From: Octopus sinensis
Lineage: Eukaryota
DNA length: 64,000 bases
Reading direction: 5' to 3'
Assembly: GCF_006345805.1 (NCBI RefSeq)
Contig: NC_042998.1
Span: 147,002,001-147,066,000, forward strand
Shown here: piece by piece, positions 12,735 through 27,354 of the stretch
Layout: every line of letters starts with the position of its first letter
How positions within the stretch are numbered: the first letter of the stretch is position 1
Notes under the pieces: generated by a model
What the model was told of the DNA's origin: nothing
Databases searched by the model: none
What the model saw: the letters and a program-made list of their open reading frames with translations, nothing else
Translations under genes and position numbers: made by a program

Positions 12735-13097
12735 AAAAAAACGCGCACTCCTACAGCATGACAATGTCCCAGCACACACTGTCAATGTGACCAAGCGTGC
12801 TGCCTCATCCTACCTAGGGTCCAGACTTGCACTATCAGAATACCACATTTCCTGTGCCATGGCTCATTTCCTACACAGACGGAAGTTCAACAATATAGAT
12901 GAGGGTGAAAAGGATGTAGGGAGATTTTTGCCTCTAAACCAGCCAAATGGTATAAACTTGGAACTGAGCTTCTGACACAACGATGGCAACAGACAATAAG
13001 ATATAATGGGATATATTTTGATGAGTATGTAATTTTACGTATGTAATTTAAACTATTAATTAAAGCTTGAAATACGACAACTTTTAACTCAGCCTGA
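12735..13097 (+). mobile_element. mariner transposase C-terminal remnant
   Basis: LLQHDNVPAHT, PDLALSEYH (YSPDLAPSDYH-like), ...QRWQQTIRYNGIYFDE across frameshifts. Confidence 0.8.
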
Positions 13098-13519
13098 TGG
13101 AGATAGATCAGAGTGAATACACAAAAGTTAAAATTAACTCTTCCCATTAAGTAAATAAAGTAATAAAAAAATTGACAGATTCGCCAGAGTACAAAACAAT
13201 GGCCAATTTAGTGGTATTATTAGATATGGGGTGAATGAGTTCTATGCTACTCCTTGCAAGACAAATTTGATTGCGACTTTTAAATAAAGACATAATTCAA
13301 CAGTCCGTTTTAACCTAAGTTGTTTATTGTGGTTTATAGTATGCCCTACGATTTTGTAACGTTTTACTTTATTCACTTACTGGGGTGGCGGAGAGTTAAT
13401 CCTAAATTTTGCCAATTTATTTTGATCTATCTCCATTACTCTCATCTGTTGGCAAACAGTATCACAATATAACAGGACGTTCAGTGTCCAATAATTAGAT
13501 GAATAGTTCCCATCTATCC

Positions 13520-13645
<126 letters not shown>

Positions 13646-13715
13646 TTTCTTGCCTAACTACCTAATTACCTACCAACCTAAATCTGCCAGAATATGCTAG
13701 GGATTCATATACTCA

Positions 13716-13880
13716 TAGGCTCAGGCGTGACTGTATGATAAGAAGATTGCTTTTCAACAACCGCATAGTTTCAGGTTCAGTCCCACTGATTGGCACCATA
13801 GGCAAGTGTCTTCTACTATAGCCTCAACCAAAGCCTTTGAATGGATTTGGTAGAAGGAAACTGAAAGATGCCCGTTGCGT
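13716..13880 (+). mobile_element. SINE family B 5' half (split by PLE insertion)
   Basis: Head and core match the complete copies; the 3' half resumes at ~16320. Confidence 0.85.
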
Positions 13881-13885
13881 GTGTA

Positions 13886-13916
<31 letters not shown>

Positions 13917-15755
13917 CCCTACAATACTTCCTCGACCGTCGTCCCGACCCCACCCCCAGCACCCCACCCTTCTCCGCCTGGCAGAGCTCGTCCTCACCCT
14001 CAACTGTTTCACGTTCGCCGGAGAACGTACCAATAGAGGTCTGGGGTCGCGATGGGAACGACAATGGGCCCCAATTTCGCCAATCTCTTTGTTGGCTACA
14101 TTGAGGCCCAAGTATTCTCCCAATTCTCCGGGCCGACCCCAGAACTATACGGTCGCTACATAGACGACTGCATAGGCGCCACCTCCCTTTCCCGCGAACA
14201 ACTCTGCCACTTCATCTCTTTCCTCTCTAACTTCCACCCCTCTCTCCAATTCACTTCCACCATCTCCAATACCTCTGTTAACTTCCTTGATATCTCTCTT
14301 CGCATCGATCACCCCTACCACTCTCTCACCACCTCCGCCTTCTTCAAACCCACAGATTCCCACCTCTATCTCTCTTCTCCTCCTCCCATCCCTTCCACAC
14401 TAAACGGGCCATCCCCTACTCCCAGTTCCTCCGCCTCCGACGCTTGTGCAGCCGCGACCAGGATTTCGAGACCCAGTCTCAATACTTGGCCCGCCTGTTC
14501 AGGCATCGAGGATACCCACCAACCCTGGTCTTGAACGCCTTCGCCCGCGCTCGTCGCATCGACCGCACCACCGCCCTTTCTCCTTCCTCTCACCCCCCAA
14601 CCGCACCCCCTTTCCCCTCCTTTTCCACCCCTCTACTCTACCCCTTCGTCGGAAGATACTAACTACGTGCCTTCCGTCGTCTCCAGCTCGATCCCACGAC
14701 CCGCTTCATTTTACCCAACCCACCCCTGTCCTCCTTCAAACGAGCCCGGAATCTACGCGATCCCCTGGTCCGTAGAACCCTCTCTTCTTCCCCCTCAGCC
14801 CCACACGGATCCTTCCCGTGCTCCAGATCTCGCTGTAACACCTGCCCCTTCATCACCAACACCACTGCTGTCACCGGTTCCAACCAGCGAACTGTACGTA
14901 TTAGACATTCCTTTACGTGCACTTCGTCTGGTCTCATATATTGCGTTAAATGCAACCTCTGCGGAATGCTGTATGTAGGACAGACAGGACGTCGGTTGGC
15001 AGACTGATTCGCCGAACATCTAAGGGGTGTTCGTCTGCGTTCTAATTCTCCCGTCGCACGTCACTTCTGCTCTGCCAGCCATTCCCACGATGACATCTCT
15101 GTGTTTGGTCTCGCCCCACACACCGGTCTTCCACAATCCAGGCTTCACTTGGAGCAACGGCTCATTTTCACTCTACAGACCAATACCCCGCACGGACTCA
15201 ACACAGCCCCCTCCTCTTAGTGACTGCGCTCCACCTCTCGCACAAGCAACTTTTTTCATTTTTTTACTTTATTATTTTATTTTTTCATTTCTTATTTCTT
15301 CCTCCCCTATTTTTTAAATATTTTAAAAAATAAATATTTTGTCCTTATACAGAAACACATACACACACATACTCACGTATCCACGAACACACATACTTCC
15401 AACACTCCACAAACATACAACATACATGCACATATACGCACACATACTTCCACACATACACACACACAAAAATACACCCACCCACACCCACGCGCACACA
15501 CACATATACCCGTGCACACACACCAACAAACAATACTCATACAGATACGCACACACTTATACATACATGGGCAGAGACACACACACACACACATACAGGC
15601 ACGTAAGCGCACACACGCACACAAGGACAGGCATGTACATTACGCCCACACTACTCCAAAAAATCCACACACACGCATACATTCACACACACACATACAT
15701 ACATACACACACATAATACATACATTCATACATACATACATACATACATACATAC

Positions 15756-15786
<31 letters not shown>

Positions 15787-16191
15787 CATACATACATACA
15801 CACACATAAACACATACACACACGTGTCATCATTGCACACATACACACACACGCACACGCAGACCTCCGCACACGCACACATCCACACTTACACACACAT
15901 TCCCCCTCCTACATTCCGCTGTCTTTGACCATACTACTCTTCTGTGTTTGAAAACATCTTTCTTCACCCTTTCTCCTTCCGGTCTTTCAAAATGTGACCT
16001 CGTGTGTACCGTTGGCGATTTTTTTCCTCTGTCTTCCCTTCTCTGGATCTTTCCTTCTCCTATGTTTCCGACGAAGAGCTCCGCTCGAAACGTTAAACCC
16101 TCCTTCTTCCCTTCTTTCCTGAGCGTCCAATAATACTATATTTGTTCCACGTCCTCGCGTTGTTGTGTTTTTTGTGTTTTCTTGTTTGGAT

Positions 16192-16198
<7 letters not shown>
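13917..16198 (+). mobile_element. Penelope-like element (RT + GIY-YIG + pLTR), 5'-truncated and frameshifted
   Basis: MGTTMGPNFANLFVGYIE, GRYIDDCIG, FKPTDSH, PCSRSRCNTC linker, IYCVKCNLCGMLYVGQTGRRLAD*FAEH; 3' pLTR ends at (TA)n. Confidence 0.92.
16064..16098 (+). ncRNA. Minimal hammerhead variant in PLE pLTR (core CCGACGA)
   Basis: gttt-CCGACGA-a gagc tcc gctc-GAAA-cg-TT-aaac; palindromic stem III AACGTT. Confidence 0.65.
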
Positions 16199-16290
<92 letters not shown>

Positions 16291-16319
16291 GTGTGTGTGT
16301 GTGTGAGTGTATGTCTGAG

Positions 16320-16530
16320 TTCGTCCCCCACCACCTCTTGACAATTAGTGTGATTATGTCTCCGTAACTTAGCAGTTCGGCAAAGGCAACCGATTGAATA
16401 AGCACGAGGCTTAAAAATGAAAAATAATTACTGGGATCGATTCATTCGACTGAAAGTTCCTCAAGGTAGTGCACCAGCATGGCCGCAGTGTAATAACTGA
16501 AACAAGTAAACGGTAAAAGATAAAAGATTA
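16320..16530 (+). mobile_element. SINE family B 3' half
   Basis: CCGTAACTTAGCAGTTCGGCAAA...CCAGCATGGCCGCAG...GAAACAAGTAAA. Confidence 0.85.
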
Positions 16531-16676
16531 TAATTGTTTTGATTCTTGCTATTTTATGTGCTGATGATTATTTTATTGTCGACTTGCAAATATAAGTAGA
16601 CTAGCAGAATTGCCCGGCGTTGCTCGGGGCTGAATTGCTTGAAAGTACTGTTAATGATTGCACTGAATTATGATGA

Positions 16677-17220
16677 TTATTCAGGCAAATATTGATATAA
16701 GTTTACGGTGGGAGATAAGGACTTAACAATCAAACGTGTGCCATTGCATTGTTTTGGGGGAACCAAATTTCTGATGAGCATTATAGGGGCACCAACTTTA
16801 AGTTTGAGAAAGTGTGGTGGTAGTCCGGGGTGCTCAAAGGAATTGAGTACCTCTATTGGATAGTTGATGACGTCCTCTGGGTCAGGAGTTGTATCGATAG
16901 ACTGATATACATAGACTTCCCCAGGAATGAGTTTTAGCATTTCATCATTAATATGGTGAACAGTTTTATTCCTCGGGGCGAGTATAGCCTTTTTGCCAAT
17001 CCAATCCATATTCTGATAATTAGCTTGTAGATCTGGGAAAACTGCATCTCTGAGATCAGAAGGCGTCTTAACAATGTTACAAATGGAATCGATGGCAATA
17101 TTACCATTTTCATTCCCTGGTATTTTGCCTTCGCCAAGTGCAAGGAGGGTGTGAGGAAATGCTGCTGATGTGATATTACGTCGCATATGAGCACGCATAT
17201 TGGTGTGAAGTTTGAGAGTT
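16677..17220 (-). pseudogene. Helitron PIF1-like helicase fragment
   Basis: AILAPRNKTVHHIN, LPPHFLKLKVGAPIMLIRNL..KQCNGTRLIVK motifs. Confidence 0.9.
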
Positions 17221-17445
17221 ACTTCCCCTTTATTAAAAAAATATGCATTAAAATGGAAAAAAATGATGGTAAATTATTTGTAAAATCATAGACTCATCGT
17301 AGACGCGCGCTAATACCCAGAAGGGCTCGATATGAATCACGACTATAAGATACCCGGTTTTGGTTAAACTGCATCGCAAAATGTGGGAGTAGTTAGGAAT
17401 CTAAATCGGAGTAGACAGACACACAACCTTTCTTTTATATATAAA

Positions 17446-18121
17446 TATTTTCGTCCTAAAAAACTTTGTATGGATTGAATGGTTACCTCTATTGAAATAT
17501 ATACACGCACATTATACATACATCTGTGTATAGATGAATATATAAATACATTTAAATATCTATATACACTTTTGGGCGATCTTTCTGTTTCTTAGAGATA
17601 ACTTTAGATCTTATTTTCGTCCAAAAAAACTTTATATGGAGTGAATGGTTACCTCTATGGAAATATATACACACACGTTATACATACATGTGTGCATAGA
17701 TGAATATATAAATACATTTATATATCTATATACACTTTTGGGCGATCTTTGTGCTACTTTAGATCTTATTTTCGTCCTAAAAAACTTTGTGCGGAGTGAA
17801 TGGTTACGTCTATAGAAATATATACACACACATTATACATACATCTGTGTATAGATGAATATATAAATACATTTAAATATCTATATACACTTTTGGGCGA
17901 TCTTTCTGCTACTTGTATATACTTTAGATCTTATATTCGTCCTAAAAAACTTTGTATGGAGTGAAAGGTTACCTCTATGGAAATATATACACACATACAC
18001 ACACATTATACATACATCTGTGTATAGATGAATATATAAATACATTTAAATATCTATATACACTTTTGGTCGATCTTTCTGCTACTTGGATATAGGTCTT
18101 ATATTCGTCGTAAAAAACTTT
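17446..18121. repeat. Tandem array, ~4 units of 155-168 bp
   Basis: TCGTC(C)TAAAAAACTTT-like motif recurs at 17451, 17617, 17772, 17937 and 18105. Confidence 0.95.
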
Positions 18122-18780
18122 CCTGTCACACACTCACGCACACGCACACACACACACACACACGCACCCTCACACACACACACACACTCTCACACACACG
18201 CACGTTAGCTTACAATTTTATTTATATATTTGCGTGTCTATGTGTGTAAAGAGGAAGTGGGAGGCAGAGTGAAAGAATCACTCACTACAGAAAGTGAATT
18301 ACTTTCATTTTATTCGTTGCACACTGTGTGTGTGCGTTTGCGTGTGCTGTATCCCACACTAAGAGAAGCATTTGACTCATACACCACAATGTGAGTTTTC
18401 TCTAAATTTTGCTTAATTGGGGTTGAAATTTTAAAAAGTGGACCTGGCACGACCCGATGCATTCTACTCTTAAAAATGCTAGGTAAATTGTAATTGAAGA
18501 AATCCTATATTGTAGATTTCTATAACTGACAAAGAGAGGCAGATAAAATCTGCCTTTTATAATAAGAGATAATTTGCTTACTGCATTCTATAAACAAGAA
18601 CAACCATTCTTGGTTAAATTTAAAGATTTGGGTATAAGTTTGACTGAAAAGATACAATCATGTTGAAACACCGGATATTCAGAGTCCTCGTATGTCACTG
18701 AATCATGTGTATTGTCAACACACGTTGTCTACCGTGATATAACAACTATAATATAACATAATATTTATATATATACACAC

Positions 18781-18819
<39 letters not shown>

Positions 18820-18968
18820 CATAACAGTGATTAACATATTCTCGTTCGAATATGATGAAACGTTAAGAATGTATATATGGATTATACACATTAGTGTGTG
18901 TGTATGTTTGTCTATCTGTCTGTCTGTTAGTCTATCTCTATCTATCTATCTCTCCCTATATATACACA

Positions 18969-19024
<56 letters not shown>

Positions 19025-19076
19025 CTCTCTCAGACATATAATACACAAACATATATATGTATATGTAGACATGTAT

Positions 19077-19121
<45 letters not shown>

Positions 19122-19839
19122 GCGTGTATGTGTGAGTATGTATGTGTGTATATTCTTTTATATGTGTATGCGTAGCTAGAGAAATCATATCTTCAATTGT
19201 TACAAATCCCATCTCATGTTATATACCATTTTATATGACATAACACATTGCCCTCTTTTCTGCTAACCTAGAACTGAGTGGAAAGAACAAAACTGTTTGA
19301 CAAGAGAAAAATGATACGCGTTTGCCATTTGGTGTGCGAACACAGTTGTTGGAATGCCAATCTATAAAGGAATTTCTCGTCATGAGAGCCGTCTCGCTGT
19401 TACTAGTATTTTAACATTGTTTGGTGTTTAATCACTGCCGTTCCTTGGACGGCCACCACCATATCTATTATGCATCACGAATGTTTGAAGCATAGTTGGG
19501 GTGTTCGCATTTTATTGCAAGTGTTTGATTTATATTTTCTTCTTCACAAAAGCAGAGATGCATAGCTGTCTGAGTTGATATGCTATTGTCAGAGTAACGT
19601 TAAACTGAATGGCACATGTTGCATATCTCGTCACTGATGTAACAGTGATATTCGTGATGAAGACAATTAATTTATATCTGACACACTTTCAGATTAGCTA
19701 TAAATTTGTTGCAATTAGCCAGCCACACGGTACCAAATAATTAACGTGTGTTTTATAAATTTAACAAATGGGGTTCAGTTAAATTTTTCTCGGGAAATAT
19801 GCAATCATTTATGATTTTGATTTGGCATAGCGATACTAA

Positions 19840-20060
19840 CAACCGGTGGAACTCACTCTACCTACGCTTTAGAATAAAGCGTTAGAATCACTAGCGCCGC
19901 TGACAAAATGTTTAGCGATACGTATTCCGGATCTTTACGCTGTGATCAAATTCCGCGGAGGTTGACTCTGCCTTTTATCGATTTGGAGTCAATAAAATAA
20001 ATACGCACGAGTCAAGTACTGGCATCAATGTAATCGGCTTACCCTCACCCCTCAAAAAAT
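19840..20060 (+). mobile_element. SINE family C (Nin/Deu-like domain), degenerate
   Basis: AAATTCCGCGGAGGTTGACTCTGCCTTTTATC...; matches 27355-27570 and 43100-43300. Confidence 0.6.
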
Positions 20061-20259
20061 AGTTAAAACAAGTTGTTTTAGACGTTCAGGTGTGATTTGA
20101 AGGAGATTTAACAGCGGTCGAATGGATGCATAGAGTGGCTCATTAATAAATAGGTAAATTATCATATATAAGTTAGTTGTTTTAGATAAGTCAGTTGTTG
20201 AAAGTGAGAATATGGTTGACTGAGTCACCCGTTTATACTAATGCTAACCATCTTATGTG

Positions 20260-20580
20260 AACGTGCTTGGATTTGTGGCCAGGGAGTTGGGTTCACGATC
20301 ATCAAATCGCGAATTCGATTCCTGGTGCAGGACGTACACTGTGGGCTTGCGTAAGGCACTTCATTTTGTGTTGCTTCAGTCTATTCAGCTGAAGATGAGT
20401 ATCAGCCAAGTGCTGGTGTATTTCTCTCACCATGCAGCTGTACCGTCTTGGATTTTCTGCTGGTCAAAGGGTGGAAGGAAGTCTATGTCTGTGTGGGACT
20501 ACATAACGGCCGAAGAACAATTAGCGGAAGCATGGTACATGTCAACAAGCCACACACGTTCACAACTGACGGTTAAGCCT
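20260..20580 (+). mobile_element. Degenerate tRNA-derived SINE (family A-like)
   Basis: GAATTCGATTCC B box, AAGGCACTTCATTT core. Confidence 0.55.
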
Positions 20581-21713
20581 TTTTAAAAATGTTTTATCTA
20601 TTTATGGTTAGGTGAAAACGTAGTCGAATCTGATTGCGGTTTAAACTTAGGACGAAGAGAGAAAGAGAAGGAGAGAGATAGAAAGAGAGGGAGAGAGAGA
20701 GAGAGAGAGAGAGAGGAAAGACAAATAAATGGGAGAAAGTGAGGAAAGAGAGGAGAGAGAGAGAAAGAGAGGGAGAGAGAGAGAGAGAGAGAGAGGAAAG
20801 ACAAATAAATGGGAGAAAATGAGGAAAGAGAGGAGAGAAGAAAGTTAGAGGAAGGAAAGAGACAGGAAAGATAGAGGAAAAAGCAAGGAGAGAGAGAGAA
20901 AGATAGAGGAAAGAAGAAAGGGAGATGAGAGAGAGAGGAAAAAGAGAGGAAAGAGATATTGAAGGAAATTAAATACTGAATTCCTTTCATCCGGTCCTCT
21001 ACCCTCTCTGCCAACTTCAAGGAATATAAATCTTTATTAAAAGTTTGATATATAGCAATGAATTAAAAGAACAGAGTTACTACCGTTTGAAGAAATTAAT
21101 TACAGTATTCTATTTTGTGTTAGCTTTTTCATTCAATTTGTTCAAATCGTACTGCAGTTCAAACCGTACAAGATTGTCACGTGGAGCGTAAATTCCCCAT
21201 GCCAATCTCAGCAGTTTCATTAGATTTCGGACGTTGCCCCGAACAAAGTTGCCTTTTATCCATTAGGGGTCCATAAAATAAGTGATATACCACACTCCAT
21301 TTAGTCTAATGTATTTCTTTCCCGAGAAAGTTAATCTGGTGCAGCACAGAGGCAGGGATTTTCTTTTTTTTAATTTGATAAACGAATAAGAAATCAGGTT
21401 GTGTAACGTTCTGGCTAAGATCAATGGTTTAGGAAAGAGTCATGACGGTGGTGGTGGTGGTGAGGGGGTACATGCGTAGGGACTCCTTTTGCTTTCACCT
21501 TTCTTTCCTCTTTCTTCTCTCACGAAAGAATATAGAAAACACATATACCTGCTATCATAGAACCCCCCTCTCTCTCTCTCTCTCTCTGTCACTCTATCTC
21601 TCGCCCTCTATGTGTGCTTGTATGTATGTATATATATATGTATATATGCGTGTGTGTGTGCATGCATGCGTGCGTGTGTGCGTGTGTTTGTTAGGGTGTA
21701 TTTTTGTTATATA

Positions 21714-21744
<31 letters not shown>

Positions 21745-21904
21745 GATAAACGCAAGTGTGAGTACGTGAGAAAACGTGTGGATGTCTGTATGCGTGTGTA
21801 CGTATATGTATATAAAAATCATTTTCCGTACGCAAAATGGTATTGATTGTGTGGATAAATGTGTAAGTGTGTGTATCTGTGGTTTGAGTTTATTTGTATC
21901 GTCA

Positions 21905-21948
<44 letters not shown>

Positions 21949-22085
21949 ATACGGCGATCGTTCATCGTAATGTACGCATCATTGATTTAACTATCTTGTT
22001 CCTCAATTAAAATTATTGATATTCATACTTTGGATTGGCGAAGCACTACTGAGGTAATTACCTGAATTTTATTTCCTCAATTATT

Positions 22086-22163
<78 letters not shown>

Positions 22164-22339
22164 TGGCATGATAATAATTTATAAACTTCTAAGAACGTGA
22201 AATAATTCATTTTGGAATGATGGATCTCAAATCATGCTGTAAATAATAGCGTGTAAATATTGGGTTAAAAACCCTTTGGATAGAAAAAGTTGAAGACTGT
22301 CTGTGGAATTAGAACCCGCATCTCCTTTAGGCATGACAG

Positions 22340-22377
22340 GCATACATTTCGAGCAATGATACTCTTCATCAGGAACC
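22340..22377 (-). ncRNA. Hammerhead core remnant
   Basis: CTGATGA-a gagt atcatt gctc-GAAA-tg-TA; stem I poorly paired. Confidence 0.45.
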
Positions 22378-22712
22378 AGATTGAGCAGCAGGTCGGAGGT
22401 ACACTTACAAGCTTAAAGAGAGTTAAAAGAGTTAAATAAGAATGTCTTAGGAGAAGCTAAAATGTGTATATATACATATATGTTTATGTTTATATATACG
22501 TGCGTGTATTTGGGTGTGCGCATGTATGTATTATAACTTAAGGGATATATCACCAGCACACTGTCGGAGCAATGTCCTCTGAGGAAGACTGACTGATGTA
22601 TTAATTACAATTTTGCAAATGGTCTCATTTGATCTCCACTCGTGTTGTTGGAAGTTATCCATGCATTCACAGCGATTGTTTTCATACACATTTCTCTGTA
22701 CCATTTATATAT

Positions 22713-22769
<57 letters not shown>

Positions 22770-24996
22770 CATATATACATGCATACATACATACATACAT
22801 GTATGCACACACAAGTACGCATGCACTCGCATATTTATATACAGGTTATATATACATATGCTTGGGATATGTTACATAAGTTTAAAGTTTATACTTTATA
22901 CCACCTACTGACAACATCTGATACAGAAGTTTTTGTTTTATCGTTGCTGACTTGGATTTGATAGTAAAACAGTGTGCTATACGATCTCACATTTGATCTT
23001 TGGGTTTACTAGTACTGCTGGGCAGAGGATTCTCGCGTTTAAGGCTGTCACATGGTCTAAATGTTGAGCGTAATGACCAGACTTTTGCGAAATGCATATC
23101 AATGTAATAGACTTGGTACCATCTCCTGTAACAGACACATTTCTCATCAACTTTAATGCAAACTACATCATCCATGGCTAACATGAACTTCTGAGGCTTC
23201 TACTGTGATTTTGAGATTTGCGGGATCTCTGAAGCGGTAAAGTGGTACAAATACCCCGTCCCTATATTTGAGTGCATGCTTCATAGATAGTACACATTCG
23301 TTGGGAGAAAAGTATATCACATCGGATGTTGACCTGAGAAAATACTTTGCTTAATAAGAAAACAGCTGTTTGTGTTAATACTGATTTGTTATGTAGCAGA
23401 CACAGAGCCAGAAATGGTGTGTGTGGGGTCAATTTATTATTTCATACCACTTCGCTGGTACGTTTGTTTTATCGACCTCCGGGGGATGAAAAGCAAAGTT
23501 GACTTTGGTAGAAATTGAACTCAAAACGTAGACATGTGGCACAAATAATAACTGCATGACATTTTATGTGATTCTTTACCATAGCATTGGTATTGGGGTT
23601 AGAAATGGTATCAGTTCTGGTTCTAAAAATATGGCAGTTTGAAATTTATATAGAGAAATGAAACTTAAAGCATGTTGATCGCCCTTAGTAGGATAAGTAA
23701 GGAAGAAAGGAAGAAAATAAGGTAAAATATCATAAGAGGAGGAAGATGAAATAAAATAAAATAAAGTAAAACAATATAAAATACAATAAAAAGTAGTAGA
23801 GTATAAAGAGATTTAATTTTCTGTAATAAGCTGATGGATATAAAAATGTTAAAATGCTCACGGCTATAAAAGCTTTAATGGTTGGTTGATTTGAAAGTTA
23901 AAAAATTTAAGGATGTGTAAAAAGTTTATGAATATAGATGTAGGTTTAAAAGCAGATAAGTGAATGAATAGACAGACAGGTAGATACCTAGGCAGACAGA
24001 CAGATAGATAGATCGATCGATCGATAATAGATAGATAGACAGTTTGGCAGGTAGATAGAAAGAGAGATAGTTTACTCTACATATGGTGTGTTTACGGCCC
24101 GGACATCGCCTTGATGCTGGGTGTTATAGCTTATTTAGCGAACGCTATCGAATCAATGATATTTCATCAGACATTTTTTTAATTTTTGTTTTCCGCGCTT
24201 TCTTGATGGTGATGAATTCTTTCGCTCTATCGTAATTAAAAATACTTGAAGCAGAAGACGTGTTTCCACGTATCCAGCTCATTGTGGCAGTTCAGGCTAT
24301 ATGCTTGCTTCCTAATAAACTGCACTACTGCAATCCTGAAGCTTACTGCATCCTTCCCCTTCGCAAGCCACCTATTAGGGTTACTTCTTCATCAAGAAAT
24401 CTTTGGAGAAAGGTTGGTATTCACTGATTTCTCAAAATTATAAATATTTATATATGTGAAAAAATGCTTCAAGAAAACTATACTAATATACACTAAACAC
24501 TCGTCCTCTGCGCATAAACTTATACGCTCCGTATCCGTCCTCACTACCAAATATCTCTCTAAATACGCTAACCCTATATTTATATAAGTCTATATACATT
24601 ACGTGAAGCTGCTAGTTACATGCGTATATAGTTATATAGTGCGTATGCACTATATTAATCCTATTGTTGAAAACCTCTTGATATCGTTCTTGCATGTGTT
24701 GAACAATATATTTCCTGTTGTTCAGCTTTTTATAAGCTAAAATATCTTTAGGTGTCCTCAAAACAACAAATGTCATGATAAGTTGGTAAACAAAGTTCAA
24801 ACTTAACAACGCGGCTCAATGCCCCACTTCACCAGTCCACACAAATGGCCACCGTTCTAAACAAACTGGAGCAGGTTTTTGTAAATGTTTCACACAAAAA
24901 CTAACATCTACTTTCATCTTGCTTGTATTCTCATTGGATTTTTTTAGGTGGCAGTCAACAATGCACACACACACACACACACACACACCACACACA

Positions 24997-25049
<53 letters not shown>

Positions 25050-27354
25050 TGTGCAAGTGTGTATGTGTATTACGTATGTATAATATATATATATATATAT
25101 ATACCTAAATATATAAAGATATACAAAACAGACGCACACACATACATATGTATACATGAATGTGTGTATTTGTGCGTAACTTTCGTCTCATAAATTAGAG
25201 TAATCTTGTTGCTCCATAAATTCGCTACCACACAATCCATATTTATCCTGTAATGTAAGCAAAAACAGGATGGGCCTAATATTATCTGCGACACCACCGT
25301 TAAATGGCTGTTACTCGGTATTTTATATGATAATGTTGTCACATATCTCTGTCTGTATGGAAGTCACTGATTAGAAAAACGTAGAAATAAACAAATTTAC
25401 TGACTATAAAGCTGGCTTTTAAATCTGGGGTGCTCCTTCTCATTCTTTCCTGTGCCATGCCAAAATCTGAAAATTTATGATTTTTTTTTTCTTGGGAAAG
25501 ATACTATGCCTTTTGGTCGATTTATTTGCAGTTTACTTTGCTCGTCCAACACTCTCTCGAGCACAAGGCCTATTGAATCCTAAAGCATGTGACCTAGTAC
25601 ACTTAACACTATAGCATGTCCATACCACAGTGGAACTGTGTGAAACATATCTAAGGAACCAACGCTTGTCTGCATCCTGTATGCCATAGCTCAAGATCAT
25701 CATCTACCATTTCATCTATAATTGGAGCCCTTGATAGGTTTGAGATACTACATGAGAGTTCTGGTAACTAAAGTCTTAATTCCATACTCTCAAAATCTAC
25801 CGAGAACCCGAGCTGGTACATGATACTACATACTGTGGTGAGGCTCCAGTACAAGAGCTCAGCAGGAAGAGGACGATAACGACGAGAAAGATAAGGATGA
25901 GAATGAGTCATTTATGTAGGATTAAACAGGACGTCAGACGAGAAACTTCCCCTTCGATAGGACACGAGTGTGGCATGCGAATTTTTTTCTAGAAGTCTTT
26001 GTAATTGCCTATTCTCATACTGCGTTGAAATATAGCTGGAATTGAATTTTCTTTCTGACGGAAACGCATTTAAATGTTATGAACTGAATTAAGAAAACTA
26101 CCTGCATTTGATTATTTTAGTTCTGAAGTTGATAATGGTAAATGGAAGACCTAATGTACATATTTTGATAGAAGAATTTGTATAGCAATAACTGGAATTT
26201 GACTTTGGACACTTGATAAACTTCATGGACATCACAGATCTTCTTAGACGAGTCTTTCATATCACCAAGAAATAATGTTTACAAAGCGATAGATTGATTT
26301 CTTCTTTTGTAGCAGTTCAAGAATGAGTATAACCTTTGGGTATCTTCAATAGGTCACGTGTTATTTCTAAACTGAAATAAAGAAGAAAATTAAGACATTT
26401 CAACCGTTTTCATGTTTGGCTCAGTTAATGACATGGGTCAGAATATTTGGTGACTCGATTAAGTGATCCATTTTCGAAATCAGAAACTGTTAATTATATG
26501 TAAAAGAGTACATAAGCAGAAGTATCAATTTTTAACGATGGAAATTGATCAAAGAAATTCTTTGAGTTGCTACATTTGCTATTCTGTTCTTATCACAGGA
26601 CATATTTTGCTAAGATTAAGTTATGCCTTAGTGAAGTAAAACGAATTTTTAATAAAGATTACACTAGTAATCAGAGAAATAGAGTGAGTAACGTTAATAA
26701 CAATGTTTGTTAAGAATGACAGAGGAGAGAACTCTGAAATTTAAAGAGATCGAAATTCAAAAGGTGGTATAAAATGGGAAATGAATCCGATCTTTATTAG
26801 TTGCAGTGACAACTCTCGACACGTTTCGGTTTTATTACACCTCATAAGCGAATCATGATCTATTAGGTAACCCCCAGATATTAGGACAATTTTCAGAATG
26901 CATTGTTTTTATGTGGGTTTAATTTTACGTCCACTTAAGTGGGCTTACGTTTCGGCTCACTGACTAATAATGAAAGCCTATATTTAACTCAATGCCCTTT
27001 ATGCAAAAGGCATCGTTGGAAAATCTTGTTATGTTACTCTAAGGTTTATGCCCTTTATTGCTATTTGTAGTCAGTTGATAGTTTGTTGGAGGAAAAGAAA
27101 AGAATCCAGTAATTCTGTCGACATTTTTTAATGGACTTGCAGAAGAAAGATCAAGTTCAGCATATTTTGTATTATATTTTTACATAAACAACAATTTCCT
27201 CGATTAAGATAAACGCGCCAAGTTGTAAGAAGAGACTCAGTAAACGATCTTTAAGTTTCAGGTTACCAAATTCTCTCTTTCAAAGCTAATTTCTTTATTA
27301 GTGTTCAACATGTTTCAACAGATAGAAATACTTGCTCTTATGAAGTTATCAACA

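Larger units (their letters stand above)
16601..18569 (-). mobile_element. Non-autonomous Helitron with PIF1-helicase fragment and internal tandem array
   Basis: 5' TC at 18569 (TCTCTTATTATAAAAGG); 3' hairpin CCCGAGC-AAC-GCCGGG then CTAG at 16601; inserted between A and T. Confidence 0.85.
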
